Positions 36,831 to 49,155 are shown, counted from the stretch's first letter. The stretch: 64,000 bases of DNA from Anthoceros angustus (GCA_010909165.1 MU008212.1:233491-297490); one strand, 5' to 3'. The notes: generated by a model not told the origin, from the sequence alone. Numbers and translations: made by a program.

Positions 36831-37839
36831 GGTAACCATGATAAAGTGAGTTAGAACCTTGACTGGATCTCGCCCCCCTCCTCTTGCAGGCTTCCCGATC
36901 CGGAATCGATGGAGACGAGAGGCCACCTCCCTATGGAAGAACCATCTCTAAAGCGACAAAGACACCTCGAGGAGAAAAGGAATAGGGTCCAAGCGCCGTC
37001 CCTAGGGTCCAGCGCAAGGCGATCAAAGGAAAGCCGTGGCAAGTCAAGCGTCGTCATGCACGCCTCGGAGACACCAAAAAGGCGGGGTATTGGAAAGTGA
37101 GCTTGAGCAGGGGTGAGCAAGTGATCCAATTGCATTCGCAACCCGCCCAAGACTTTGGGGGCGGTGAGCATCCAAACTCGGATCCGGATGTATAGCCCCA
37201 CTAGAAGAAGCAAGCCTCATCCAGGCCTCCCGGTGGTTCGGTCGAAGTCCTTGTATACGTGCCCAATGTGACATTTCACCTCTTGGACGCAGCTGACAAG
37301 CCAGAGACAAGACAAGGGGTGTCCTTGATCGCCTTTGAAGGAGTGGATTGCACCATAGGGAGAGGGCAAGAACAAATGAGAACAACGTGTGAATTGAGGG
37401 TGTCGGGGTCAAGGGGCACTAGGTGACAAGGACAAAGCGTCCTCGGCATCTACCAAACATATGGAGAGTACACTCCGTATGGCGAGCCTGCCCAATAGGC
37501 TGGCGAGGCCTCCGCTCAAAGGGCCGCAACCGCCAAAACACCTAACAACCTACATACGGACCCCGCTCCGAAATCATGAACATAAACCCTAAAAGCCCAC
37601 AGCCAACCGGAACATGATGGCCCGTGAAAGCCCACTAAAGCGCTAGCAACTTACCATAGTGTTTTCACTCTCGTAGCCACTTAGCGGTGTTTTCGATCTA
37701 GTAGTTCTTGCTACGGTAGAAGCATTTCATCGCATGTATTATCGGTCACATTCCCACGCCACAGTGAAAAGAATGCCATGGGCTGAATTTGAGCGCAAGT
37801 TCGAACTACGCTTGGGTGACCTCATAAAGAGATGAGTTG

Positions 37840-38525
37840 CTTTCCATGCTAATCAAATGGTGATGTAGTTTGCCCGCCTCAAGGCCATCACGTCAAGCAT
37901 TTCCTCGCAGAGTTGATCATTGCATGGCCGTTGTTGACATTGCTCTGTGACCGCATGTGCTTGTGATGGCCTCAAGAGGCGATATGGTTCTTTCCACATC
38001 GCTCGTAGAACCACCTCATCTTAGCGCCATGAGTGATCAACACCGAGGACAATTCCCTCACAAACACTATCACTTTGTTGGTGTCCTTCTTGAAGAAAGA
38101 GTTCACGAAGTAAGGAGGCAGAGATAGCAACCACACTGCTTACGTGATTCACGCCACTATGATTCAATGAAAAATCCAGTACAACTGTTCCACCTTGTGA
38201 GAAACCAAATAGGTGGATTCTATCTTGCCTCAATCACTGCAAAACACATCGACCACTTTCTTCAAGTCCTTGTTTGGTAAAGATCCACCCTCCTTCTTTC
38301 TCCAATAGAAGGTTGAATCATGTTCCAGCTCTGGTCGTATGACGTGAAGCATGATCTCCCATATGTAATTACTTCAGGAAATTCTATAAGTGCAAACAAT
38401 TTAAGCTAGAGTTGCAGCTTTGAGGTAACGAGTGTCTTAGCAAGACACAAGCAGAGGTGTGCGTGTCGCCCGGCCGTCTGAGGAGAACCATAAGATTTTT
38501 GTCAACACCATCCGCACGGCTATGA
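37840..38525 (-). pseudogene. Carboxylesterase pseudogene, copy 2
   Basis: Duplicate of 36100-36830 (IHLFGFSQGG at ~38190) with additional frameshifting deletions. Confidence 0.7.
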
Positions 38526-38624
38526 GGTAACCATGATAAAGTGAGTTAGAACTGCCCAGCCTTTGTAGTTGCTAGACACAATGTAGCAAGTGGAACAAGG
38601 TTGTATGAGAGCTTTCTGTTGTGA

Positions 38625-38735
38625 AAAGTTCGGGTATCTTTTATTACATGGCAGGCTTTGGTGGGGCAGGACCCACCAATCTTGCAATTATCTTTCTCTT
38701 ACTTGGAGAAGACGTGGTAGTATATCGAATGGGTG
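38625..38735 (+). pseudogene. Isolated exon of the saccharopine-dehydrogenase-like gene
   Basis: YYMAGFGGAGPTNLAIIFLLLGEDVVVYRM followed by GTGAGT resembles the conserved YYTAGTGGAGPTILATSFLLLGEEV exon of this family. Confidence 0.65.
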
Positions 38736-39506
38736 AGTATTTTTGGCTCCAACCACACATCTTCCTTTTACCTCTAGGTAAGAAAAGTCTTGTTTACCAT
38801 CATAAATATTGTTCTATACGCACTTACACTATCTATGTGGGCTACGATTGACCTCCCACCAACTCCATTTTGCAGATTTCCTATGAACTCCATTTTGCAG
38901 ATTTCGATTCTTATGCCCATATTGCAAAGAATCGGGGTGGCTTCATTGACATGTTTATGTAACAATACACCTTCGGTTGAATTGATTTTGAGCATATTAG
39001 AGAGACTGCACACTTCACGTTCATGCATCAAACTACAAACCATGTACAGATTTGTAAAAAAATTTAAAAGGACAAACCAAAATAGGCAAATTAGGTACTT
39101 GGTCCTTCACAAAATGGTATGGATTCACTTGTGAACTCTAACTACACTATACCCAATGCATTTTTTTCCATATGACAACGACCTAAACATTGCTCGAATA
39201 ACAAGCTACATACCTACATGCCGACTACATTGAAAGGCCTAAAGCAAAGAAGCTATTAAGTGAGGCAATCTCGGGGGAACAAGTCCAACAAGTCTAACAA
39301 GCTTTCTCTGTCTGAAATGGAGGAGTATATGGAGAAAATTGACGACTGAGTGGCGTTCCGTATATAGTCTGCAATGATCTCGTTTGTCTGTCTACCATAG
39401 AGGAATAGAAATAACAAGAAATTGTCAACTGAAGATGGTGAACCAAATATAGTATGCAATGATCTCGTTTGTCTGTCTACCATGGAGGAATAGAAATAAC
39501 AGGAAA

Positions 39507-40646
39507 TTAACGTTGGAAGATGGTAGACCAAATATAGTCTGCAATGATCTTGTTTGTCGCTCGAGTTGGATGAATAACATCCCACCAAACATAATCATCT
39601 GGATTATCGCATATTGGATTAGGAGGCAAACAAAAAGTTACTTCTGTACTGTCACTACTTCCACAACATGCTCCATGTGCATGCATTGAGTAATTTCGAG
39701 GATAAGAAATAATATGAAGAGCTAGGTCATATATACCTCCAATAGCAATTGAAACATTTGGGGTATTAGCAAAATTATTTCGTATCGCACTAGTGATATT
39801 TCTATTAATACTTGGAATATAAGTATTTGCTTCTTTGTCACATCCGTCTTGTAGTCCAGCCAAAGCTTGATCAAATGGTGTGCAACCAAGTGGTCCTATT
39901 TCCATGATCAAAAATTGTCTAGCCCCTAACCTATACAATAGGTTTAGTTGTTCTATCAATGTATATTCCATTCGTGTATACACCTCATTAAAATTCAAAG
40001 ATGTATTAGTTAAAAATATAATATCATTACTTCCCGTTGAAATAAAAAATAAAGAATCTCTCAAATGAGATCTAACTCGATCTTCTTGATTATCAAATTC
40101 TTGATATATCTCGGGCAGTGTCTGATTGGCAAACCTGAACACTTGTGTACCCAAAGAATAAAGTGGTCCAAATTCTTGTCCAGTTTCCTCAAGTATTCCG
40201 GATCCACCTGATGCATAGTTAATTCCAGGTCCAACTACATCTTTCGCACTGTATTCAAATATGGTGCGTGGATAACTAGTAAAATGTAGATATTTAGCGA
40301 GATAATCAATTACTAACCGACCATTGCAAAATCGCCCTGTCGGATTTTTTGTATCAAAATCACGTCCATATGGAAAAAAGTTCGCTTTCACGAGCGTATT
40401 TAAATGATTATTGGTTCCCACATCAGCTGTTGAATCTCCAAATATATATAAAGCTGGAAATTTATTACCTATATGTACAGCTGGAAATTTATTACCTATA
40501 TATACAGCTGGAAATTGATTACCGTTTACTCCATAAATCAAAAATAACAAACCAAAAAATAACTCAAAAAACAATAAGCTTGAGCAAGGTCTAACAAGCT
40601 CTTGCTTGCTCGCCATCATCCTTGTTGATATCCTTCTCAAATTCAC
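39507..40646 (-). CDS. GDSL esterase/lipase, single exon, AT-rich
   Basis: Signal peptide; block I FGDSTADVG; PTGRFCNGR; GINYASGGSG; ISTGSND; IGPLGCTP; terminal WWDVIHPT (DxxH). Open 379-aa ORF. Confidence 0.92.
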   Translation of the reverse strand: MNLRRISTRMMASKQELVRPCSSLLFFELFFGLLFLIYGVNGNQFPAVYIGNKFPAVHIGNKFPALYIFGDSTADVGTNNHLNTLVKANFFPYGRDFDTKNPTGRFCNGRLVIDYLAKYLHFTSYPRTIFEYSAKDVVGPGINYASGGSGILEETGQEFGPLYSLGTQVFRFANQTLPEIYQEFDNQEDRVRSHLRDSLFFISTGSNDIIFLTNTSLNFNEVYTRMEYTLIEQLNLLYRLGARQFLIMEIGPLGCTPFDQALAGLQDGCDKEANTYIPSINRNITSAIRNNFANTPNVSIAIGGIYDLALHIISYPRNYSMHAHGACCGSSDSTEVTFCLPPNPICDNPDDYVWWDVIHPTRATNKIIADYIWSTIFQR

Positions 40647-40924
40647 AAAGAAAATAAAAAATGGTAGACAAATATATGAAAAAGAGAATGAAGTAGGTCC
40701 AATAGCTAGCCAATTTGTATCCTATGCGGGTTGTTCTCACTTAAACAACTAAAACTACTAAACCTTAAACTCCATGCCAACCACACATCAAATGTTAAGC
40801 TTCCCATATAGAAGTTATCTTAACAAATTGAATGTACTATTCATAGCCATATTACCCAACATACAGTTACTATAAAGATAGTTATTACATATGGTTAGAT
40901 GTGCCGTTCACCTTTAGATCTTAT

Positions 40925-41250
40925 CATGATAGAGAAGATATCATACGCTTAGTGGTCTGGCATGGGAAATCGGTGCACTCATCGCCAAGATCGATTTAGT
41001 CACTTTTTCTTCCGAAAAGAGGATGGGTAGACCTGATTTTCTTTTCAGGCTAGTCTTCAACCACAAGTCTTTGCTTCTCATAGCACTTTCCATCCAGGTG
41101 GGGACACTAAAAATTGACCCTACTGTCCGATTTATGCAACGTAATTTTTGAAGCACGGGATTGATAATCTTGACATATCTTTCTTTTCATCGTGTCCGGG
41201 TCTGGTTCAAAGCGTTGTGTCCGGGCCTAGTTCTATAAGAACTAAAACAC
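40925..41250 (+). mobile_element. Possible LINE reverse-transcriptase remnant
   Basis: DIIRLVVWAWEIGALIAKIDL...DFLFRLV loosely resembles the LINE RT segment (lKlDf.KAyD.v.WdFL). Heavily decayed. Confidence 0.3.
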
Positions 41251-41841
41251 GCGTAATTTATCCTACAGATAATCTGCATAGGTATGCCGTTGTAATGCCT
41301 CCAGCTTCTCGAGCGGAAGGCATGGAATCGGCCCTTCCATCCCAACGTACCGAGGCACCAGTCAGGTTGGCGACCGCTTCTCCACGGACGCGTCCCCCAC
41401 TCCTCTCCAACCGTGCTCCGAGTCCCCATCCCGACTGCCATATTGGAGGTAATTTTCCTGGCACCCAGCCGGTTCCAGGTCGGAGGGCTTGGTTTTTTCG
41501 CCTTCAGTCTGTCCCATCGACTATGGGGTGGGGGCTACGAGTCATGAGAATTCGACGTTGAAAGAACCGGAACCCGAACCCGTCGTGGCCTCCGTGGAGG
41601 AGATGTGAGGGGCATGTGCGCCTCGTCGCAACATGGTGGTTTGTCATGCATCACTCGCGATTCGACGAATTAACAAAACCGTGTCCATGTACCGGAATAC
41701 AAACAGTGAGACAGGGCTGACCATTGTGGGGTCAAGATCGGCAATCCATGGCAGACGTACAACTCCACTCACACCGTTCATGACAATTGTAGTGTAAGGC
41801 CGTCCTGAAACGACCATGGTTGAAGAGAACCGCGGACTTTG

Positions 41842-44800
41842 CTATCCTACACGGTTCCCGAACGAGATCCCCACATCATCCAAGACACGGCGCTTCTTTG
41901 CTGGTTGTAGAGAAGTTTCAGCTGATTCGTTTTCGATCATCTGTTTCAAAGTTCTGGCCCGCAACTCATCCAAAGTTTCACCCTCTTTTGCTCGCTCTAG
42001 CACCTGCAGGAACCCCAGAACAGGTCTGAGCGTCTTGCAGCTCAGGGAATCAGAGGCTGACAAGCTCAGAGAAAAGTGCTCACCAGATGGCGCCCGTAGA
42101 GATGTGTACTTCGTAGAGCATTAAAAGCATTTTGCGCTTCCTGTCGTGTGAGAAACTCCACAAACGCAAAGCCACGATGCCTCCCATCATGCTTCTTAGG
42201 CAGCCGCAAACTTTTGATCTGCAAAGGCATCCAAGAACAGGAGTGAGAAACGTGGATAGCACCTTTCTGGTTTGATCCACTCTCCAGAAGGGAACAAGAG
42301 GACAAGGATAGTGTCCACAGCACCTGGCCAAAAGGGCTCACAAGCTGCTTCAGGTCCTTCTTCGTAGCTTCGAAGGCGACATTTCTTATTATTATCTTTG
42401 TAGAGCTCCCTTTCTTGTCTGTTTCTGGAGCCTTCTGTTCCACTGAATTTGCCTGTCCCTTGGGATTCGACCGACGGCTTAGCTGAACCACAAGAGCATG
42501 CCCATCTAGAACTGTGCCCTAAATCAAAGATGGTAATAGGTGGGCTCAGAGTTGCCATGACAACGCAACAAAATTCAGACTTGACAAGAGACCTGCATGA
42601 ACAAGAGGCTAATCACTACACCGCAGAACCCATCTGAACAATACCTGTAGCGATTGACACATTTGTTTCGCTGTATCGACACTGTCCAACTCTACAAAGC
42701 CAAAGCCCATTGAGAGCGGTTTCCCAGTCTTTCCAGGCTTTGTACTTATCTGCAGCAGTCATCCCAACTTAATCAATTGTTATCCCTCATGTGACAGGTC
42801 AACTTATGCCACTCATGTCAAAAACATTCTCAACTGCAGAACATGTGTCCACACCTTTACACTTCTTATTGCACCCTCGCTCTTGACATGCTGCTGAACG
42901 TGGTTTTTTAGGGAGGATTCAGAAGTGCTGAAATTTAGATTCTTCACGAACAATGACCTGGCCTGCGTAACAGAAAGTCCAGGTTAGACCTCCTTCATAT
43001 GGGCACTAGCCCCAAAGGGCTTCAAACTCTTTGGACGGAACACACACCTGGGCAGGATCCAGGTCAGCTTCTAGGTCCATTTCAGATAGTTGCTCATCAG
43101 CAACATGTTTCACTTGACTTGCTGTTACAACACTTTCTTGCGATTTTTGACCACCCTTTGTTAGTATACCTTCAGGTGCCCATTCCAAATACAGAGGGAC
43201 GTGCCTGCACACAAAAGTGCTACCTTTGGTTAAGAAAATGTGCCAAATTTGTGCCATCCATGCATTGAAGGCCTGGACACAGCAAGAATAAAAGACAAAT
43301 TCAAAGACTTACTTGAACCGCTTGTAGGCTAAGCCCTTAAAAGCCCTTCGTGCATCTGCCGCTTCTAGAAACTCGACCTGCTACAAGTTGTCAGAGAAAC
43401 TGCAACAGGCAGTGAGCTAATTTCAATAACAGTGTACGATGCTGTGGTAGTACCAGAGCAAGAGTCTTGGTTGGAGGCAGCACTACCCTGCCCAACGTCC
43501 CAAAGCTATTGAACATCTCCACCAGTTCGCCGTGCAAAGCCGTAAAGGGAAGATTCTTCACTAGAATCACATGACCGCTGCGCTTAACATCTTTGTCTCC
43601 AATGGAAGCAAGCTCTTCCAGAAGCTCGACATTAATGCCCTCTCTGCTTAGAGCACGCTTTGTCTCAGCGATAATGTGTGTTTCCCCTAGGGCCAACCTC
43701 ACTGCAAGATCATCTGCCTCTGGATCCAGGAATTCACCTTTTGATAGGCCATATTGTTGTGCCACACTTTCAGCAACCTAGAACCAAGATACCATTTGCA
43801 AACATGAAGGTCAAACTGATGAGTTGATCTGAATTAGATGTGCTCCTGGACAATACAAAATGCACAAAGAACGATCAAGGAGGTACCGTGTCTGGATTCA
43901 TGAAAAATGCGTTCCATGATGTTGTATTCCCACCAGCTTCTGCCGCCTTTCTCTCGTCTTGCTTCTTCTGATTAAATTTTGAATTTTTTGTTCCTTCAGG
44001 TATAATCCTGCAGGAGAAACGGTCATGAGGATGTCCATAAGCTCCTTCATCAAGGTTTTATGCAACCAAAACACAAGGACAAATTTTGCTTCATTCTGTT
44101 GCTGCCAACATCGGAACGCTTCTTTACGAAGTTAACAGAGGCATACTGTTCTTTCCCAGGGATGGGCCCCTGTCGCTTTGCAGGTAAAATGTGAATAAGC
44201 CTCCCTTGGAAGCTACTCTTATCTAATTCCTCCATCGCTCTGCAGAACAAACAAAATACAAATTCGCCACATACTAAGTATTGGTTAGAGAGTCCAGTCT
44301 GTAGGAGGGAAAATAAAAGATAGCCTCTAAAGTTAAAAATAGCACTGAACCAGGAAGGTATACCGTAGAGGATATGTTAGTACCTGGCTGCTGCTTCGGG
44401 AAGCATGTAAAGGATAAAAGCAAGCCCTTTCGATAATTTGGAATCTCTGTCAAGCACTAGGTGCACTTCCGAAAGCTCCCCATACTTGCCAAACAGCTCT
44501 CTCAAATCTTCCTCACTGCAAGTCCAGGAAAGAACGTTAATTCCAGCACCTAGTGTTCAAAGCAGAAAGGAGAGTAGCACTCCACAGTCAACTGCTGAAC
44601 GTTTCAGCATCGTCAATTTTATAACCTTGCTGTGTATGGTAGGTTTCGGACAAAAAGACGCCCAGTTTCAGATACGCTCTCTTGACCGTCAAAAACATGC
44701 AGCCGTTCCTCCTGGCCTCCAACATCTGATTCAACCAGAGGTGAATCCCGTGAAGCACTGCCAGATGTCTCCGCGGGCCTATCATCCCTATCAGATGAGC

Positions 44801-45740
44801 CCTGAGCCTCATCCTCATTCTGATCGTCACCCTCACCCTCAACCAGAACCTGATCCTCATCATCATCATCACTCCAGTTCCCTTTCACTCTGCTCTTCAG
44901 ATATTCCAAATCAGATACGTTATCATGCCTGATAAGCTCAGCCACTTCGCTTGGCTCTGCACCCTCCGAGTCAGCCCTTTCATCCTTTTTCAGATTTATA
45001 TCAAGACCAGAACTCCCTGCTCGTTTGTCGTTGCCATCTCCTCCAAGTCGAACATAATCACGAGTCAATTGCTCCTTCCTTTTCACCTTGCCCGTAGAAG
45101 CTGTCCGCAACCCACCTTCAGCAGCGCTTGCCTTTCCTTTGACGACCTCTTCACCTTTTTTTCTGTTGATTTCCAATGTCTGCTGTGCTCCGGTGTCGTT
45201 GGTCCATAACTTCGACTTACTCCGTGGCTGCATAACCTCCATAAATTCAGCAAACTGAGGATCATCCTCCTCTTTACTGCTCTGCCCCTGAGACTTAGCT
45301 TCCACATTTTTCTGGCCCTTCAAGGACAAGGAACGAGGCTCAGCCTCGTGGTGCGTTTTTTTGAAAGCAGAACTCCCTTGAGAATGACGGCTCCATGGTC
45401 GTGGTAGATTTGGATCACCAATGGGCTGTGCAACCTGCAAATCACATAGCTTTAACGATCGCCTAGCCAAGCATTCCTCAATATCTCACAACCCAACACG
45501 AGCACGAACTTCATTCACCTCGCAACAAAGACGACTGCTATCCAAGAAGCTTCTGTGGAAATATTTCACGGCGGCCAGGGCATCCTCCTCTGTCCGATAA
45601 CCCACAAACCCAAATTGCCGAGAAATCCCATCTCTGGAAATCACTTTGGCATCGGTGACCTCCCCGCGAGCAGCAAAATGTGCTTTCAGCCTCTCATCGT
45701 CAACATACCGTGGCAGATTCTTCACGCAAATCCGGGACAT
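41842..45740 (-). CDS. MRD1: Multiple RRM ribosome biogenesis factor MRD1/RBM19
   Basis: MSRICVKNLPRY...SRQFGFVG (RRM1), GRLFVRNLPY, FQGRLIHILPA, VILVKNLPF, IIIRNVAFEAT and HRGFAFVEF...HLYGRHL. Last exon ends at 41842. Confidence 0.93.
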
Positions 45741-45792
45741 CTTCGCTTCCTGTGCATGACAGACAGGACGGTTCAAACAGAGCTTAAACCAT

Positions 45793-45802
45793 AAACCCTA
45801 AA
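45793..45802 (+). promoter_or_regulatory. Telo-box (AAACCCTAAA) in the MRD1/BUD20 divergent promoter
   Basis: Exact motif within the 227-bp gap between the two start codons. Confidence 0.55.
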
Positions 45803-45967
45803 GACCTTTTATCTGGAATCCATTCTAAACAGGTACATACATATATAGCAGCACATCATCGTCTGGAATATAGGGCGTTGTGTGGCCTTCTCGCTGTAGT
45901 GCTTCGGAATCAGGGCTCGGATCGACCGAACTGTGGTCTGTTCACGAGTTCATCGCCACGTAAAGAG

Positions 45968-46855
45968 ATGGGGCGCTGTCCGAATCACAAGAACAGCGCG
46001 AAGAAGCATTACTCTCATAAGAGCGCGCGGCGGGCAAAGTTTCTCGTGAAAGATATCCTTGAATTATGTCTCCTGTGTGCTTGATTATTTGTCTGTCTTG
46101 TTTCTGAGCCGTTGCTTCATGCCTCATGAGGCTGCAGCCAGCTGCCAAACGGAATCCGCCCTTTGTCAGCCTCTGCATACATCCCTCTTGCTTCTAGCAT
46201 CTGTTTCTGAGGGCAGGCGGATTTGTGTGGCTTTGCTGAGAACTCATTGCTATATTAGGGTAAGATTTTCTTGTGATGTGACCTTGGTTCAGTGTAATCC
46301 TTGACGGAGCACCACGGGATGACATGATACATGCAGAGCTGCAACAGGATGGGGTGGAGCACAAGCCCAAAGTGTTGGATGAGGACTTGCCAGGGAAGGG
46401 ACAATTTTACTGTCTCCATTGCGAGTAGGTTTTGATATGCTGCTAGCTCCCCGTGTTTTTATTTCAACAGATTTTTCCCACACGAAGCGGTGCTTGCATG
46501 TGTGAGGTGTTAGGTCTGGTCTGGTGTGGTGTGGTCTGATATCTAGCTCGTCTGGTTCCTGCAGCCGACACTTCGGTTCTACAGCAATTCGGGATGAGCA
46601 CTTCAAGACGAAACGTCACAGGAAAAGGTAATCTGACCACTGCTCTGATTATTGATCTCCTTGAGGTGAAATCCGTTATTTACAAGTCGCGGAGCTAGTG
46701 GTGACCCCTAGCACGTTTGTGTGTGCAGAGTAAAGATGATGCAAGGTCCGGCCCCTCATAACCAGGTGGATGCAGATGTTGCTGCGGGCATGGGAAGGCC
46801 GGACAACGGCCCCAAACTGCGAGGCTCCATAGATGCCGCGCCCATGATGTTGTGA
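45968..46855 (+). CDS. BUD20: ZNF593/Bud20 C2H2 zinc-finger ribosome biogenesis factor
   Basis: Exons MGRCPNHKNSAKK...AKFLVK / DDMIHAEL...LDEDLPGKGQFYCLHC / RHFGSTAIRDEHFKTKRHRKR / VKMMQGPAPHNQVDADVAAGMGRPDNGPKL...*. Confidence 0.9.
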
Positions 46856-47801
46856 GAAACAGTTGGCACCCGTGTACAAATAGCTGTCCTGTAGGTAGTG
46901 GAAAGTGTAAAAATCCCACTTGTCATGCTGACATGCCTGGTGGGATGGAGATCCGGGAGCTTGTAATATACAAGTGAGAGCAAGTTTTGGCAAGGGATCG
47001 TGGGAGTGAAAACAAGGCTAGAAGTACATGTTCTACTGGAGGCCAGGCAGGCAGGCGCGACGGGAGGTACGCAGTGGTGGAGGCTGGAGGCTATGTGATC
47101 ATACGACCAGGCAGGCGTTAGACGGAATTGCAGGGCTAACCACCGCAAGCTGAGCGCATGGTACCAATTAGGCAGCAGAGGGTAGTAAGGTACTCCCGTG
47201 CTCTCTAGGTATCTGCGAGTCGCTTCTCGAGTGGCGAGTCGGAAGTCGGGACGAGCAGGGTGTGGGTACGCAGATCCACCCAGCTTATAGCCTCCCAGGT
47301 ACAGCCAAGCTTTTGTGTGGGGCCCCGCACGCCGATGCGGGTCGCGACCGCCCTTGTCCTGTCTCCGGAGGTCCGGGGACTATAGGGGTCCAGGCCTTGC
47401 TGCGGTTGGCTGGTTCAAGTTTTGCTTGTTGGCAAGCTCCCTGGTCCTGGTTGCTTGCTCGTTTAGGCTTTCTCTGCGACGAGGGCCACCATACCTTCCG
47501 CCCTCCTTCGATTGGTCCTCCTTATATATTCGAGATATTTTAACTGGAAATACCGCTCCAGCTGGTTCCATATGCGGACAGGAGCCTTGCCCTATCCAAG
47601 ATTCCGTAACTATGTCGTTTTTATGTGTCTTCCTTATCGAAAATTCCAGGGTTTTTATGATCTGATTTCTTGATGTTTATATAAATACGTGTTAAGACGC
47701 TGTCCACGTTGAGAGAGAACATGAGTGGAGTTAACAGGCCAAGTAAGTCCTAAATTTGGGATTAAGGAGTGTATTTCCAGTAAGGTTGCGTATCGGTTCA
47801 A

Positions 47802-47960
47802 AAAAAGGTGACCAAATACGTATGTGAGTGTTAAAAAGGTGACCAAATAAGTATGTGAGTGTTATAGAAGAAGAAGAACAAGAAGAAGAAGAAGAAGAAT
47901 TTTATTTAAGTCCACTAAGGATGGATTTCTGTCATGGGATTCTTATAAATGTGTGTCCAT
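47802..47960. repeat. Short direct repeat plus (GAA)n-headed dispersed repeat
   Basis: AAAAAGGTGACCAAATA(C/A)GTATGTGAGTGTT occurs twice. It is followed by GAAGAAGAATTTTATTTAAGTCCACTAAGGATGGATTT, also present at ~57400 and ~57600. Confidence 0.8.
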
Positions 47961-48496
47961 TTGGCCTAAGCCATTTAGACACACATTAGGTGATCTTGGT
48001 TGGTCTCGTGGCCTGGTGGGTAACGACTGGAGCAGGAAATTGTGGGTTCAAGTCTCCTGGGGATGTCGATCAAAATGGAGAATGACATTTATTTTAATTT
48101 ATTCCCTTCTTCTTTTGAAGAAAGAAAGTGTTCATTAAAAATTAATGGGGAGCTTTAAGGGAACCAGTAAAGATGAGAAACGTACTCGCTGGGCTTTACC
48201 AAAATCAAAAAGAATAGGAAGTATATTACTTCAAAAATTGAGAGGGACCTTTTCCTTTAAAAAAAAAAATGGGGATCTTTATAGGAGCCAATAGGGATTA
48301 GAAGCACACTCACCTAGCTTTACTAAAATGAGACACATTAGGGAGCAACTATCCACCACATACTGCTCACCTCATCCTTCAAGAAATTTCACAGGTCGTA
48401 AATAGCTCCATTTTATAATGTGCTTCCCTTCATGTGACACTACGGCTGCAATTGTGTACTTTGTGTCTCTATATGATTTTATTAAGGACCCTTACG

Positions 48497-48873
48497 CACT
48501 GCTAGTTCCGTCGAGCTAATGTCAGTTCAGTTCACCCGTTCAGTTCATAGAACCATGCGTCAAGTGAACAGTTCAGTTTCACGCTGAACATTCAGTTTCA
48601 ATTTGAACAGTTTAGTTCCAATTTGAATAAAAATAAAATATACAATACGTTGTTTTTTTCATATCAGTTCGTTTGAATTATGGGTAATCCATGGCGGTTT
48701 AGTGAAGGGTCTGAATTGGGAGAAACCCAATCATTACTTACTACGTCAATGCATTATCAACAAACTGGTTGCTGCGATGAACTATGTCCATGCGCAAGTT
48801 CGAGCTCAGTTCGATGCTGACCTGGCCTAGAGTTGAACTGAACTGACCAAACTGAGCTCCCGAGTTGGCAATG
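48497..48873. mobile_element. Degenerate MITE-like element with subterminal CAGTT/AACTG repeats
   Basis: Left arm is rich in CAGTTC and right arm in GAACTG. Imperfect terminal inverted repeats CACTGCTAGTTCCG / CGAGTTGGCAATG; no clear TSD. Confidence 0.45.
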
Positions 48874-49155
48874 CATAAAGTTTATAACACTATTCCTCTA
48901 CCACGGATTTTTATCAGCATCTTGTCACCGATCCATTAACTATACCCATTACCTAATATCGTTAATAATATTTGTATATAATATTTATCAAAATTATTAG
49001 CTGCTATTTTTTTTTATTAACCTTAAAAGGATTGAGGTACTCAAATAGAGTGCCTCGTGCTATATTTTGAGCTGTGCTATTAGCATTTGAAAATTGTATG
49101 AAAATTGTGAGCCATATCATTCGACGGGTTACGTCCTGAGCAACAACCTCACATA

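Larger units (their letters stand above)
35086..38552. repeat. Tandem duplication of ~1.7 kb (35086-36857 and 36863-38552)
   Basis: Both units begin CTGGATCTCGC and end CATGATAAAGTGAGTTAGAAC and are collinear throughout. Unit 2 is about 80 bp shorter through many small deletions. Confidence 0.95.

Noticed and set aside
47260-47710. Possible solo LTR
   Set aside because: TG...CA ends and a target-site duplication could not be established.
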